A stretch of DNA of 64,000 nucleotides from an uncultured Thermococci archaeon. Lineage in GTDB: Archaea; Methanobacteriota_B; Thermococci; Methanofastidiosales; Methanofastidiosaceae. The notes beneath the pieces were generated by a model. It ran no database searches, was not told where the DNA came from, and saw only the letters and a list, made by a program, of their open reading frames with translations. The position numbers were made by a program, and so were the translations under genes. Where the stretch lies: contig CAZFRW010000001.1 in NCBI GenBank assembly GCA_964521515.1, positions 7,639-71,638 on the forward strand, given 5' to 3'. Numbering within the stretch: the stretch's first letter is position 1; each line of letters begins with the position of its first letter. Positions 39,519 to 48,909 of the stretch are shown here, in pieces.

Positions 39519-40247
39519 ATGGAGAAAGACATAAAGTTCTTTACTAATGGCAAGAGAATTGATGGAAGAGCCACAGATGAATTGAGAAACATAAAGATAG
39601 AAGTCGGAGTTTTTAAAAGAGCCGATGGCTCATCTTACATTGAATGGGGCGGAAATAAGATCTATTGTGCTGTCTATGGCCCAAGAGAAGCTTATCCGAG
39701 ATTTCTTCAAAAATCAGACCGGGCTATATTAAAGTGTAGATACAACATGGCTTCGTTCGCAGTTGAAGAGAGAAAAAGACCCGGCCCAAGCAGAAGGGGG
39801 GTAGAAATAGGCAAAGTAACACAAGGTGCATTAGAGCCTGCTTTGTTGTTAGAGAATTTCCCAAAATGTATGGTTGAGGTAAATATTGAGGTTATCCAAG
39901 CAGACGCTGGAACAAGATGTGCAGGAATAACGGCTGCATCTGTAGCACTTGCTAATGCAGGAATACCTATGAAAGAGTTGGTACCTGCATGTGCCGCTGG
40001 AAAAGTTGACGATAAGATTGTATTGGATCTCTGTAAAGAAGAGGATAACTACGGTCAAGCAGATTTACCATTGGCACTTCTCCCAAGAAGAAACGAGTTC
40101 AGTCTTTTACAGATGGACGGAGACCTATCCGAAGAGCAGCTTGAAGAAGCTTTAGACCTCGGTAGGAAAGGATGTCTTCAAGTATATGAAATTCAAAAAG
40201 AAGCACTAAAGAAAAAATACACAACGGAGGATGTGGCAAATGAGTAG
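39519..40247 (+). CDS. rrp41: Exosome exonuclease Rrp41
   Basis: [28 protein letters not shown]. Confidence 0.96.
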   Translation: MEKDIKFFTNGKRIDGRATDELRNIKIEVGVFKRADGSSYIEWGGNKIYCAVYGPREAYPRFLQKSDRAILKCRYNMASFAVEERKRPGPSRRGVEIGKVTQGALEPALLLENFPKCMVEVNIEVIQADAGTRCAGITAASVALANAGIPMKELVPACAAGKVDDKIVLDLCKEEDNYGQADLPLALLPRRNEFSLLQMDGDLSEEQLEEALDLGRKGCLQVYEIQKEALKKKYTTEDVANE

Positions 40248-41040
40248 TGTTCTTTCGGATATTAAGAAAGATTATATGATAAGCCTCTTGAAGAACGGTA
40301 AACGTGAGGATGGGAGAGGCCTTAACGAAATGAGGGATCTAAAGATCGAACTTGGAGTTGCAAATAAAGCTGAAGGTTCATGTTTTGTCCAGATTGGAGA
40401 AACAAAGGTAATTGCTGGAGTAAAGTGTGAAACTGGAGCACCATTTCCTGACACTCCTAATCAAGGAGTTTTTACAACTAATGCAGAATTAATCCCAATG
40501 GCATCGCCTGATTTTGAAGCAGGCCCACCAAGGGAAGATTCAATTGAACTCGCAAGAATAGTTGATAGAGGAATCAGGGAATCAGGCGCCATTGATTTTC
40601 AAAAACTAGTGATTACGGAAGGTGAACTTGTCCGAGTCTTGTTTGTTGATATTCACATAATGGATTACAATGGAAACCTATTTGACACAGCAGGAATAGC
40701 AGCAATAGGAGCTCTTTACAATACTAAAATGCCAGTATTGGATGAAGAAGGAAAGAAAACAGAAGAACTAATGCCGCTACCTATGAAAAAAATCCCTATA
40801 CCCTGCACTTATGCGAAAATAGCTGATTCAATTTTATATGACCCTTCAATGGAAGAGGAAAGTGTAATGGATTCAAGAATTACTGCTACAACTGAAGACA
40901 ATGGAAGAATAGCCGCAATGCAGAAAGGAGATGTAGGAAGCTTTAAAAAAGAGGAGATTTTAGACATCGTCAGACGATCAAAGGTAAGGGGCGACGAAGT
41001 TAGATCCCTTTTAAAAGAAAAATTCTCTGAAATGAGGTGA
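40240..41040 (+). CDS. rrp42: Exosome subunit Rrp42
   Basis: [29 protein letters not shown]. Confidence 0.96.
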   Translation: MSSVLSDIKKDYMISLLKNGKREDGRGLNEMRDLKIELGVANKAEGSCFVQIGETKVIAGVKCETGAPFPDTPNQGVFTTNAELIPMASPDFEAGPPREDSIELARIVDRGIRESGAIDFQKLVITEGELVRVLFVDIHIMDYNGNLFDTAGIAAIGALYNTKMPVLDEEGKKTEELMPLPMKKIPIPCTYAKIADSILYDPSMEEESVMDSRITATTEDNGRIAAMQKGDVGSFKKEEILDIVRRSKVRGDEVRSLLKEKFSEMR

Positions 41041-41045
41041 TTTTC

Positions 41046-41300
41046 ATGACAGTTTCAAATAAATCAAGCAGCGCAGGAAGATTTGGGCCAAGATACGGTA
41101 GAAAAATTAGAGTTAAGATTTCTAATATTGAAGCCCAATCAAAACAAAAACATAAGTGTCCACAGTGCGGAAGAAAATCTGTTAAAAGAATAAACACCGC
41201 AATATGGCAATGCTCAAAGTGTGAGACTACATTTGCCGGAGGCACATATCTTCCAGATACGCCTGTAGGAAGGGTTTCACAGAAAGCATCTGTAAAGTAG
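41046..41300 (+). CDS. rpl37ae: 50S ribosomal protein L37Ae
   Basis: [27 protein letters not shown]. Confidence 0.96.
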   Translation: MTVSNKSSSAGRFGPRYGRKIRVKISNIEAQSKQKHKCPQCGRKSVKRINTAIWQCSKCETTFAGGTYLPDTPVGRVSQKASVK

Positions 41301-41311
41301 GAAGTGAATAA

Positions 41312-41452
41312 TTGTATAAATGTATTGAATGTAAAAGAGTACTCACCCCTACTGAACTTGATGATATAAGAGGAATCAAGTGCCCTTACTGTGGTAACAG
41401 AATATTCATCAAGATGAGGCCTGAATTGGCAAAGACAGTGCAAGCACGTTAA
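41312..41452 (+). CDS. rpoP: DNA-directed RNA polymerase subunit P/Rpo12 (absent from ORF track)
   Basis: Hand translation from [49 protein letters not shown]; canonical position after rpl37ae. Confidence 0.93.
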   Translation: MYKCIECKRVLTPTELDDIRGIKCPYCGNRIFIKMRPELAKTVQAR

Positions 41453-41453
41453 T

Positions 41454-41966
41454 ATGATGCTTATCTCAACTTCTAGAAGGCCATCAACAAGGACTAGGTC
41501 CTTTGTTAAAGAGCTACTAGGAGTTATTCCTCTTTCTTTTCAAGTTACAAGAGGTAAAAAACCCATTGAAGAGTTAAAGGATATTGCTGTTCTTAAAGGC
41601 TGCAGAAGATTAATGATAGTTGAATCAAAGGATGGAAATCCTTCTGCACTCTCTTTTATGCACATTGACAAGAAAGACTGGAAATGGTTAGGAGTTATGG
41701 ATATTACTGTATCCCTCCGAAGGGAAATGAAAATAACTCATAAACTCGATTCATTTGACGACGATTTACCTTTATTTATAAAAGGTGAAAAGGGTGAATC
41801 TTTTGATTTTGTTAAAGAGATGTTCTTTGGTATGGATTATGATGGGGGTGTAGAAGCTCCTATTCTTTTATGGAACGGTGAATTTATCAACTTCTTAAGA
41901 GATGACGTTTCTAGTATTCCAATTGGCCCCAAAATTAATGTATTGAAATGGAAGCGTTTAATCTGA
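41454..41966 (+). CDS. Brix-domain ribosome biogenesis protein
   Basis: MLISTSRRPSTRTRSFVKEL...RGKK...E.KDGNP. Confidence 0.9.
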   Translation: MMLISTSRRPSTRTRSFVKELLGVIPLSFQVTRGKKPIEELKDIAVLKGCRRLMIVESKDGNPSALSFMHIDKKDWKWLGVMDITVSLRREMKITHKLDSFDDDLPLFIKGEKGESFDFVKEMFFGMDYDGGVEAPILLWNGEFINFLRDDVSSIPIGPKINVLKWKRLI

Positions 41967-42370
41967 TGACAGTAACTAAGAATAAATCTAGAGGTGTCCG
42001 TGCCGAATATGAAGTTAAGAAATTTCTTCTTGAGAATGGTTATTTTGTCTTTAGCAAAAGAGTGAGCCAGAGCGGTCCGGATATAATAGCAATAAAAGGT
42101 GAAAAGACAATAGTAATGGAAATTAAAAACACTAAGCTTTCAAGCATCAAAATCAAAAACTCACAGATTAAATCTCTTTTAGACACAGCTACCGAAATAT
42201 CTAATAAAACGGTTCTTTATCCAAAAACAATATTAGGGGTAAAGTTTTCTTCAAAAGAGACCGGATGGACCTTTATTTCAATTGAAAATCAAATTTATGG
42301 GGACAAAATTATAAGAAAACAGCAGGAAAATCTATTAGAATTAAGCAAAGGCTTAAAAAGTTTTATTTAA
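41966..42370 (+). CDS. hjc: Holliday junction resolvase Hjc-like PD-(D/E)xK nuclease
   Basis: RGVRAEYEV..L...GY, PDIIAIKG, MEIK, GVKF...GW. Confidence 0.78.
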   Translation: MTVTKNKSRGVRAEYEVKKFLLENGYFVFSKRVSQSGPDIIAIKGEKTIVMEIKNTKLSSIKIKNSQIKSLLDTATEISNKTVLYPKTILGVKFSSKETGWTFISIENQIYGDKIIRKQQENLLELSKGLKSFI

Positions 42371-42394
42371 CAATTAGAGAAAAGAGAGGGTCAG

Positions 42395-42706
42395 ATGCAA
42401 GGAGAATCAAATACATTTTATTCAAAAGGATCTAAAAAATTCAAACAAAAAATCTATTCTAAAAAAACCAAAAAATTAAACATGGGAAGAGTTTCAGATT
42501 TCAAATGGGATTTAAACCAAGTATTAAATAAACTACCTGAAGATAAAGCAGGTCTTATTCGGGGGCCATTGTACGCAAAAGCTTCAAAGATAGGTTTTGA
42601 TGAGGCTAAACAGTTCTTAAAGGATAAGGAAGATGAAGGATTAATCGATAAGGACACTGCATTAGATATTCTTCGTGTATTATCTAAATACTCAAAATTT
42701 AGATAG
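42395..42706 (+). CDS. Hypothetical basic protein
   Basis: GAGGG SD; Lys-rich N-terminus; helical C-terminal part; no family recognised. Confidence 0.65.
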   Translation: MQGESNTFYSKGSKKFKQKIYSKKTKKLNMGRVSDFKWDLNQVLNKLPEDKAGLIRGPLYAKASKIGFDEAKQFLKDKEDEGLIDKDTALDILRVLSKYSKFR

Positions 42707-42827
42707 TCTTTTCTTTAATAATTTAATCCATTCAATTATCAAATTTCTTGACAATTTTAAGGTAATAAATTTATATTCTGTTCTGTTATTAAATTAGAAG
42801 ATATTAGATATAGGGCTTGCTGATAAG

Positions 42828-43304
42828 ATGGTATACAATCCAAAAACTGATTACTATGAAATGATTGGAGGTATAACCCCATCGTCTAGCATAAGAGATA
42901 TTAAAAAAGCTTACAGGAAAAAAGCTTTAGAGTACCACCCCGATAAAAATCCCGGGAGAGAAGAATCAGCAAAAAATAAATTTCTTGAGCTAAAAGATAT
43001 TTATGAAATCCTTATAGATAAAGAAAAAAAGTCAAAATATGATAGTGATAGAGAGAAATTTTTATCTATTAAAAAAACTGTTAATTATGAAGGGCGTCCA
43101 GGTTGGAACTATACAACTAATCTTAATCTTGACTCTACAAGTCTGGACCCTATCCCAAGAACATTTGTCAAGAGCAGGCCTTATGCAGTTTACGATTACG
43201 CAAAAAGTTCAAATCAGGTCCTTATTAGAATCATTATTTACTCATTCATGTTTATAATGGTTTTAGTGACTATATACATGCTAAGTTTTATCAGGCAACT
43301 ATAA
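42828..43304 (+). CDS. J-domain protein with C-terminal membrane anchor
   Basis: DYYEM...IKKAYRKKALEYHPDKN; hydrophobic C-terminal helix. Confidence 0.88.
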   Translation: MVYNPKTDYYEMIGGITPSSSIRDIKKAYRKKALEYHPDKNPGREESAKNKFLELKDIYEILIDKEKKSKYDSDREKFLSIKKTVNYEGRPGWNYTTNLNLDSTSLDPIPRTFVKSRPYAVYDYAKSSNQVLIRIIIYSFMFIMVLVTIYMLSFIRQL

Positions 43305-44148
43305 GGGCCTTCTTTTCGATATACTTTTCGACCATCTTCGCGCTCAACAGGGGAAGTTTTAAGCTTATTAGTGTTTTTTCTGCTGCAATTCTCTTCAAGA
43401 TTTCACTTGCTTTTGGATCAGTGGATATCCTTTCAAGATTAGAAAAAAATTCTGGGGAATTCAATTTAGAAAGGGCCGTAGCAATGTCTTCTTCTTTAAA
43501 TCTTCCCTTCTTTGGTATTATATCCTCTACAAGTTTGTCGAGTGATTTCATATCAAACTTCTCAGACATGTAGTCATAGATTTTGTTATTGAAAGATTCT
43601 CTTATTGATAAGAGAAGCATAGCTATGTCAAAATCTTCTGTGAGTTCTTCAACTTCCATTCTCTTGACACACTTCCAGCCTTTGTAGTTACCGAGAAAAT
43701 GGACCATCTCCTTACCCGAAACAACTTTGCTCCCTTTGTCTTCAATAGGATTCTGTCCAAGATAATTATCAAGGACAGCAGGTGTAAGTCTTTCAATCCC
43801 TAATTTTTCTAAGACCATTTCTGTAAGTATACCCTTTGCAATATCTTTTGCTTCTTTTATGTCTGCAATTTCTGATAATTTTTTCGTAGTCTTGGGAGAT
43901 TTTGCCTTGTAAAGTGCACCAGAAATAGTTTTTTCATCTTTTATTATCGAGTCAACTATTTCCTGAATAAAATTTAGATTAAATCCTTGGCCTAAATACT
44001 CAAAGATCTTTTCATTAAATGATTCTCTTATCGAGAGTAATAATCGTGCAATATCAAGTTTCTCTTTCTCATCAAGGGGATCAAAACCTTTGTAACATTT
44101 CCATCCCTTGTAGTTACCGATAAACTCAACTTTTTCTGGCATGGCCAT
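43291..44148 (-). CDS. DUF2666 family protein, two tandem domains
   Basis: Internal repeat FIGNYKGWKC...DIARLLLSIRESFN / FLGNYKGWKC...DIAMLLLSIRESFN. Confidence 0.72.
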   Translation of the reverse strand: MAMPEKVEFIGNYKGWKCYKGFDPLDEKEKLDIARLLLSIRESFNEKIFEYLGQGFNLNFIQEIVDSIIKDEKTISGALYKAKSPKTTKKLSEIADIKEAKDIAKGILTEMVLEKLGIERLTPAVLDNYLGQNPIEDKGSKVVSGKEMVHFLGNYKGWKCVKRMEVEELTEDFDIAMLLLSIRESFNNKIYDYMSEKFDMKSLDKLVEDIIPKKGRFKEEDIATALSKLNSPEFFSNLERISTDPKASEILKRIAAEKTLISLKLPLLSAKMVEKYIEKKALIVA

Positions 44149-44259
44149 TGTATCACCTATCTTATATCGTGCTCTAGATACTTAAAAGTGTTTACTGGAT
44201 AAATTATTAATATTAACAACAAATATAAAAACTAACTAATTATCAGAATAAATGATAAG

Positions 44260-45171
44260 ATGAGGATAGCTTTCATAGGGTCCGGAGCGATAGGTAGTCT
44301 TTTTGGAGGACTTCTTAAAAAAGGTGGTGCAGATGTTTTACTCATTGGAAGGCAAAATCATGTAGAGGCCATAAGAAAAAATGGACTTTTTATTTCCGGT
44401 ATTGATGAATTTAATATTAGAATAGATGCTTCTTCCAATCCACTCGATGCAAAAGGATCAGATATTTTTGTTATTACAACTAAGGCATATGACACAAGAA
44501 AAGCACTTCTTGACATTATGCCGATTTTGAATGAAAATGCTGTAGTGATGTCTCTCCAAAACGGTGCGGGAAATATTGAAGAGATTTCTAGATTAGTTAA
44601 AAAACAAAATATCGTTGGGGCGGTAACAAGCATGGGGGCATTCCTTGAAAAGCCAGGTAAAGTACAGTTTAGAGGAAAAGGAAATACTATTATTGGTGCA
44701 CTATCAAAAGAGAACAAGAATGCTAAAGAAATAGTCAATATATTTAACGGTGCAGGAATTAAAGCCCAGTTTACAAATGACATAAAGAGCGAGATATGGT
44801 CAAAAGTAATTATTAACACGGCAATCAATGCTCTTGCTTCAATTTTTGATGCTGAAAATGGAATTCTTTTAGATGAAAATCTTATTGAAATTGTAAAAGA
44901 GATAACAATAGAAGGGAAGACAATTCTCCAAAAAGATGGGGTAAATATTCCTGAGGACATTTTTGAAAAGACAGTCGATGTCATAAAAAACACCTCTAAT
45001 AACATTAATTCAACGCTCTCAGATCTTAGAAAAGGGAATAGAACCGAGATTGACTATATATCTGGTAAGGTCATTGAACTTGGAGATAAATTATCCTTGT
45101 CAGTGCCTTATAATAAGGCACTTTTGAATATGATAAAATTTAAGGAAAATCAATTAATACAAAAATCCTAA
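44260..45171 (+). CDS. panE: 2-dehydropantoate 2-reductase
   Basis: GSGAIG, TTKAYD, LQNG, WSKVIIN.AIN, RTEIDYI.G. Confidence 0.92.
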   Translation: MRIAFIGSGAIGSLFGGLLKKGGADVLLIGRQNHVEAIRKNGLFISGIDEFNIRIDASSNPLDAKGSDIFVITTKAYDTRKALLDIMPILNENAVVMSLQNGAGNIEEISRLVKKQNIVGAVTSMGAFLEKPGKVQFRGKGNTIIGALSKENKNAKEIVNIFNGAGIKAQFTNDIKSEIWSKVIINTAINALASIFDAENGILLDENLIEIVKEITIEGKTILQKDGVNIPEDIFEKTVDVIKNTSNNINSTLSDLRKGNRTEIDYISGKVIELGDKLSLSVPYNKALLNMIKFKENQLIQKS

Positions 45172-45258
45172 TAACATATATAAATATTAGATTTTAATTA
45201 ATGTTGTGAACACTTTATCGGAAATATTTGGATTTGTAGTTTAATTCAAATTATTCGA

Positions 45259-45295
45259 TATTTAAAACTCGGCCTTAATATCCGAATTTTAAATA
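45259..45295. promoter_or_regulatory. 14-bp inverted repeat upstream of the RPA operon promoter
   Basis: TATTTAAAACTCGG-N9-CCGAATTTTAAATA (one mismatch). Confidence 0.4.
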
Positions 45296-45358
45296 ATTTA
45301 ATAAATCAATAGAAAAGTATTTTAATATTCATGAAATAAAATGTTAATAGGTGCTTTG

Positions 45359-46402
45359 ATGGAAGATGACGTGTCCCTCATAATGTCGAAATTGATGGAA
45401 AAGGGTTATACGGAAGCTCAAATAAAAGAGAAAATAAGAATAAAAAAAGAATCCTTAATGTACGATATAACAACAAAAGGAATCCTTTCTATGATTGCTT
45501 CCGAGGAAGGAATAGTCCTGCCCGGCAAGGAAGATATCAAGATCGATTTGCTGAAAGAGGGAATGAAAGACGTTAATGTAGTTGGTCGGGTTTCAAGAAA
45601 GTATGCCCCAAAGGAATTTATACGAGATGACGGGTCCCGGGGCGTAGTCTTAAATTTGGTGATTTCGGATAAGACTGGAGAAATTGCAGTAGTATTCTGG
45701 GATGAGAACGCTGTTAAGTCTTATGAGATCTTAAACAGAGGGGACATCATAAAGATAATTTCTGGGCAGGTCAAAGGTGGAATGAAAGGTCCCCAGCTCC
45801 ATATTACTTCAAAAAGTAAGATAATTATTAATCCAGAGGGTTTTGATGAATCTTCTTTACCAGATAATTCTAGCTTCAAATCCCTAAAATATCAAAGAGC
45901 TATGTTGTCAGAATTAAACCCTGGCGACAAGTTTAAAGAAATTAGGGGCACAATAGCCAAACTATACTCTGTATTTTTTTACGATGGATGCCCCAAATGT
46001 TTTAAAAAAATGGATGCCACCCAGAAAGGATTCTGTAAGAACTGTAAACTTGAAGTATATCCTCTAAAAGTCATCATATTAGACCTCGGTATAGATGATT
46101 CAACAGGATACATCAGAGCTTCATTTTTCAAAGACAAGGCTGAGAAAGTTCTAGGTGCAAGTGCTGATCAAATTTACCAAGGCGTAAAAAGTTATCTTGA
46201 GAAAGGATTTAATTTGAAAAATTCGGGCGAAGCATATTTATCTGACAATCACTACAGTTTGTTGGGGAAAGAAGTATTAATCACAGGAAACGTTTTAGAA
46301 AGCGAGTATGTTGGAAGCGTATTTCAGGTCCACAATATATCTGATATTGATGTAGAAGAAGAGATCGAGAGGGTATTAGAGGTTATAGGAAAGGAGATGT
46401 AA
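45359..46402 (+). CDS. Replication protein A large subunit (RPA1/Rpa41-like; OB folds + Zn finger)
   Basis: VNVVGRV, SDKTGEI.VVFW, YDGCPKC...CKNC, DDSTGYIRASFF. Confidence 0.9.
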   Translation: MEDDVSLIMSKLMEKGYTEAQIKEKIRIKKESLMYDITTKGILSMIASEEGIVLPGKEDIKIDLLKEGMKDVNVVGRVSRKYAPKEFIRDDGSRGVVLNLVISDKTGEIAVVFWDENAVKSYEILNRGDIIKIISGQVKGGMKGPQLHITSKSKIIINPEGFDESSLPDNSSFKSLKYQRAMLSELNPGDKFKEIRGTIAKLYSVFFYDGCPKCFKKMDATQKGFCKNCKLEVYPLKVIILDLGIDDSTGYIRASFFKDKAEKVLGASADQIYQGVKSYLEKGFNLKNSGEAYLSDNHYSLLGKEVLITGNVLESEYVGSVFQVHNISDIDVEEEIERVLEVIGKEM

Positions 46403-46713
46403 TGAAACAATCTTTCTCTATTGAAAAGGACATACGCGAAATCAAAGGTGACGAAACATTAGTTTCTTTTATAGGTGTAGTAGTATCTATTGATCCATCA
46501 ACATATATGCTGATAATTGATGATGGGACAGGAGCATTAAGCGTTTCATCAGATTCACTTTACAATGTGGAAAAGATTTTAAGGATTGTAGGAAGCCCCT
46601 ACAAAGAAGGTGGGCAGATAATCGTGAACTCTGAAATAATTCAGGATTTCACTGATTTTAATTTTGATCTCTTTAGAAAAGTTCAACAAATTGAGAAGGA
46701 GGTCTATCAATGA
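46402..46713 (+). CDS. RPA small subunit (RPA3/Rpa14-like OB fold)
   Basis: IDDGTG, single OB fold; lies between RPA1 and RPA2. Confidence 0.8.
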   Translation: MKQSFSIEKDIREIKGDETLVSFIGVVVSIDPSTYMLIIDDGTGALSVSSDSLYNVEKILRIVGSPYKEGGQIIVNSEIIQDFTDFNFDLFRKVQQIEKEVYQ

Positions 46714-47477
46714 AAAAGAGGATGCCCTCTTCTAGGCTTTCTTTAGATGAGATCCAAAAAGGGTATTTTGTAAAACCTGAAGGTGATTTTGCAACTAATT
46801 ATATAATCACTCAAGACGGATTAAAAGTATACAGGCTTAAAGGAGTCGCAACTGTAATGGCTGACCCTAGACTATCTGAGGACGGTACTTATGGCTCTGT
46901 TTTTCTCGACGATGGTACACAGAGCATAGTTGCCCTTGCATTTAGAGAGAATACCAAACTTCTAATTCCAATTAAGAAAGGAGACCTTGTCCAGTTCATG
47001 GCAAAGCTCAGTGAGTGGCAGGGTAAAAAGCAACTTAGTCTTGAAGTATTATCCTTAGTTTCTCCGAATATGTTGACTCTTCACAGAGCTGAATCTGTCC
47101 TTACCTTAATCAGACAGAAAAAATACTTTAAGATTGCGAAGAAAATCTATGAAGAAGAAAATAATGTTAGAAAGGCAATGGATCGTGCTAAAAAAGAAGG
47201 GATTAACCCTGATTTAATAGACGCTATTGAGGAACTTAACTATCTTATCGAGAATACAGAAGAAAACCGTATCTTTGACTCTGACACAGCGATTGAATCG
47301 AGAGTCATGGAGGCCATGGAAAAGCTTGATGAAGGAGATGGAGTAGTCCTTGATCTCATACTCTACGAGCTGAAAGATGACTATCTAGCAGAAGACATAG
47401 ATAACGCCGTACGAGAACTTTTGTCAAGAGGCGACCTTTATGAACCTAGGGTAAATTACTTTAAGAAGGCCATTTGA
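46710..47477 (+). CDS. RPA middle subunit (RPA2/Rpa32-like; OB fold + winged helix)
   Basis: KKRMP, LDDGT, C-terminal LL.RGDLYEPR winged helix. Confidence 0.85.
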   Translation: MKKRMPSSRLSLDEIQKGYFVKPEGDFATNYIITQDGLKVYRLKGVATVMADPRLSEDGTYGSVFLDDGTQSIVALAFRENTKLLIPIKKGDLVQFMAKLSEWQGKKQLSLEVLSLVSPNMLTLHRAESVLTLIRQKKYFKIAKKIYEEENNVRKAMDRAKKEGINPDLIDAIEELNYLIENTEENRIFDSDTAIESRVMEAMEKLDEGDGVVLDLILYELKDDYLAEDIDNAVRELLSRGDLYEPRVNYFKKAI

Positions 47478-47490
47478 GGGAGGATTTATT

Positions 47491-48033
47491 ATTAGGAGAT
47501 ACCAGATTGGTGTCATTGGCTCTGCAAGTGGCATCATAGGAAATGATTTAAAACTTGTTGCAAAAGAACTTGGAGAGGCCATCGCAAAAAATAATCAAAT
47601 ACTTTTTTCTGGGGCTTGTCCAGGACTTCCATTGGAAGCTACAATAGGTGCAAAAGAAGTTGGGGGAACAACAGTTGGAATATCTCCTGCAATAAATTTT
47701 AAAGAGCATGTTGAAGACTATAAATACCCATCCGATATATTTGATTCTATCATCTTTACAGGTTCTGGTTACAAAGGAAGAAATGTAACTCTTGTTAGAA
47801 GTTGTGATGCAGTTATTTCAGTTCAGGGAATGATGGGCACTTTAAATGAGCTTACAATAGCGTATGATGAAAAGAAGATTGTTGGATTGTTATTGGGAAC
47901 TGGTGGAGCATCCGATATTTTTTTAGATGTGCTGAAGAAAATGGGTAAGTCAAATGAGAATATTTTATCTTCAGATGACCCTTATTTATTAGTTGAAAAA
48001 ATAATAGATAGTTTAAACATTCTTTCTCAATAA
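47491..48033 (+). CDS. LOG/Rossmann-fold nucleotide-binding protein (TIGR00725-like)
   Basis: Frame extends upstream of the track start (47632) through RRYQIGVIGS...AKELGEAIA...GACPGLP; RNV.LV, GTLNE motifs; ATT start inferred. Confidence 0.85.
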   Translation: MRRYQIGVIGSASGIIGNDLKLVAKELGEAIAKNNQILFSGACPGLPLEATIGAKEVGGTTVGISPAINFKEHVEDYKYPSDIFDSIIFTGSGYKGRNVTLVRSCDAVISVQGMMGTLNELTIAYDEKKIVGLLLGTGGASDIFLDVLKKMGKSNENILSSDDPYLLVEKIIDSLNILSQ

Positions 48034-48825
48034 TAATTTTTCTAAATACTCTTTTTTGAGCTCCATACCAAACATATCACCTTCTCTATGGTAGTCAGAA
48101 CCTGCAGTGGGGATAAGTGAGTATTTTTCTGCAAGTTTTAGGTATTGTGCCTCTTCTTCTTTGGTGTGTTTGGAGTAATATACTTCAAGCCCTCCTAGGC
48201 CAATATCAGATAGGTAAGCTATGAAGTTTTCAAGATCTTCTTTTTCTAAAAATGTATACTTTGGATGGGCCAACACCGGAACTCCTTTGTACTTTTTAAT
48301 CAATTCAATTGCCTTTCTTATATCAGGCCTTTCCTTTGGAACATAACAAGGTTTGTCGTTTCCAATATATTTTTCAAAAGCTTCAGGGAAAGTAGAAACA
48401 TAACCTTTTTTCACCATGAGGTCTGCGATATGTGGTCTTCCGATGTTTCCTTCCGCACTTGCTTTTAGCTCTTCCATGGTGATTTCAAATCCAAGATCTC
48501 CTAATTTCTTAAGCATTTTATGATTTCTTTCTTCCCTTGAATTTTTTAGTTTATTTATAAAGCTCTGAAATTTTAAATCTGTGTAATCTATGAAATAACC
48601 TAGCATGTGAATCTGCTTTTCATGTTTTGCACTTATCTCAAGAGCAGGGATTAATCTTATTCCTTTTTCATTTGCAGCCTTCATACCTTCGGGTATTCCA
48701 TCAATCGTGTCGTGATCTGCAATAGCTATTGTATCTAATCCATTCTCTTTAGCTTTAGCTATTATTTCTGTGGGGGAGAGAAGACCATCTGAGGCTGTGG
48801 TGTGAACGTGTAAATCTACTTTCAT
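48013..48825 (-). CDS. PHP domain phosphoesterase (TrpH-like)
   Basis: DLHVHTTASDG, ADHD, GRPHIA, LAHP, GSDYH. Confidence 0.92.
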   Translation of the reverse strand: MKVDLHVHTTASDGLLSPTEIIAKAKENGLDTIAIADHDTIDGIPEGMKAANEKGIRLIPALEISAKHEKQIHMLGYFIDYTDLKFQSFINKLKNSREERNHKMLKKLGDLGFEITMEELKASAEGNIGRPHIADLMVKKGYVSTFPEAFEKYIGNDKPCYVPKERPDIRKAIELIKKYKGVPVLAHPKYTFLEKEDLENFIAYLSDIGLGGLEVYYSKHTKEEEAQYLKLAEKYSLIPTAGSDYHREGDMFGMELKKEYLEKLLLRKNV

Positions 48826-48909
48826 TGAAAATAAGAAATTTAATTAATTTATATGAGTTTCTGATTTATTAAAATAATAAAAACTTATTTAACAGAAAGT
48901 GAAAATAAT

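Noticed and set aside
41000..41443. 147-aa minus-strand ORF
   Set aside because: Shadow of rpl37ae and rpoP on the plus strand
44358..45005. 215-aa antisense ORF and the many other antisense or overlapping ORFs in the track
   Set aside because: They lie opposite well-supported genes, have Ser/Phe/Ile-rich shadow composition and show no motifs
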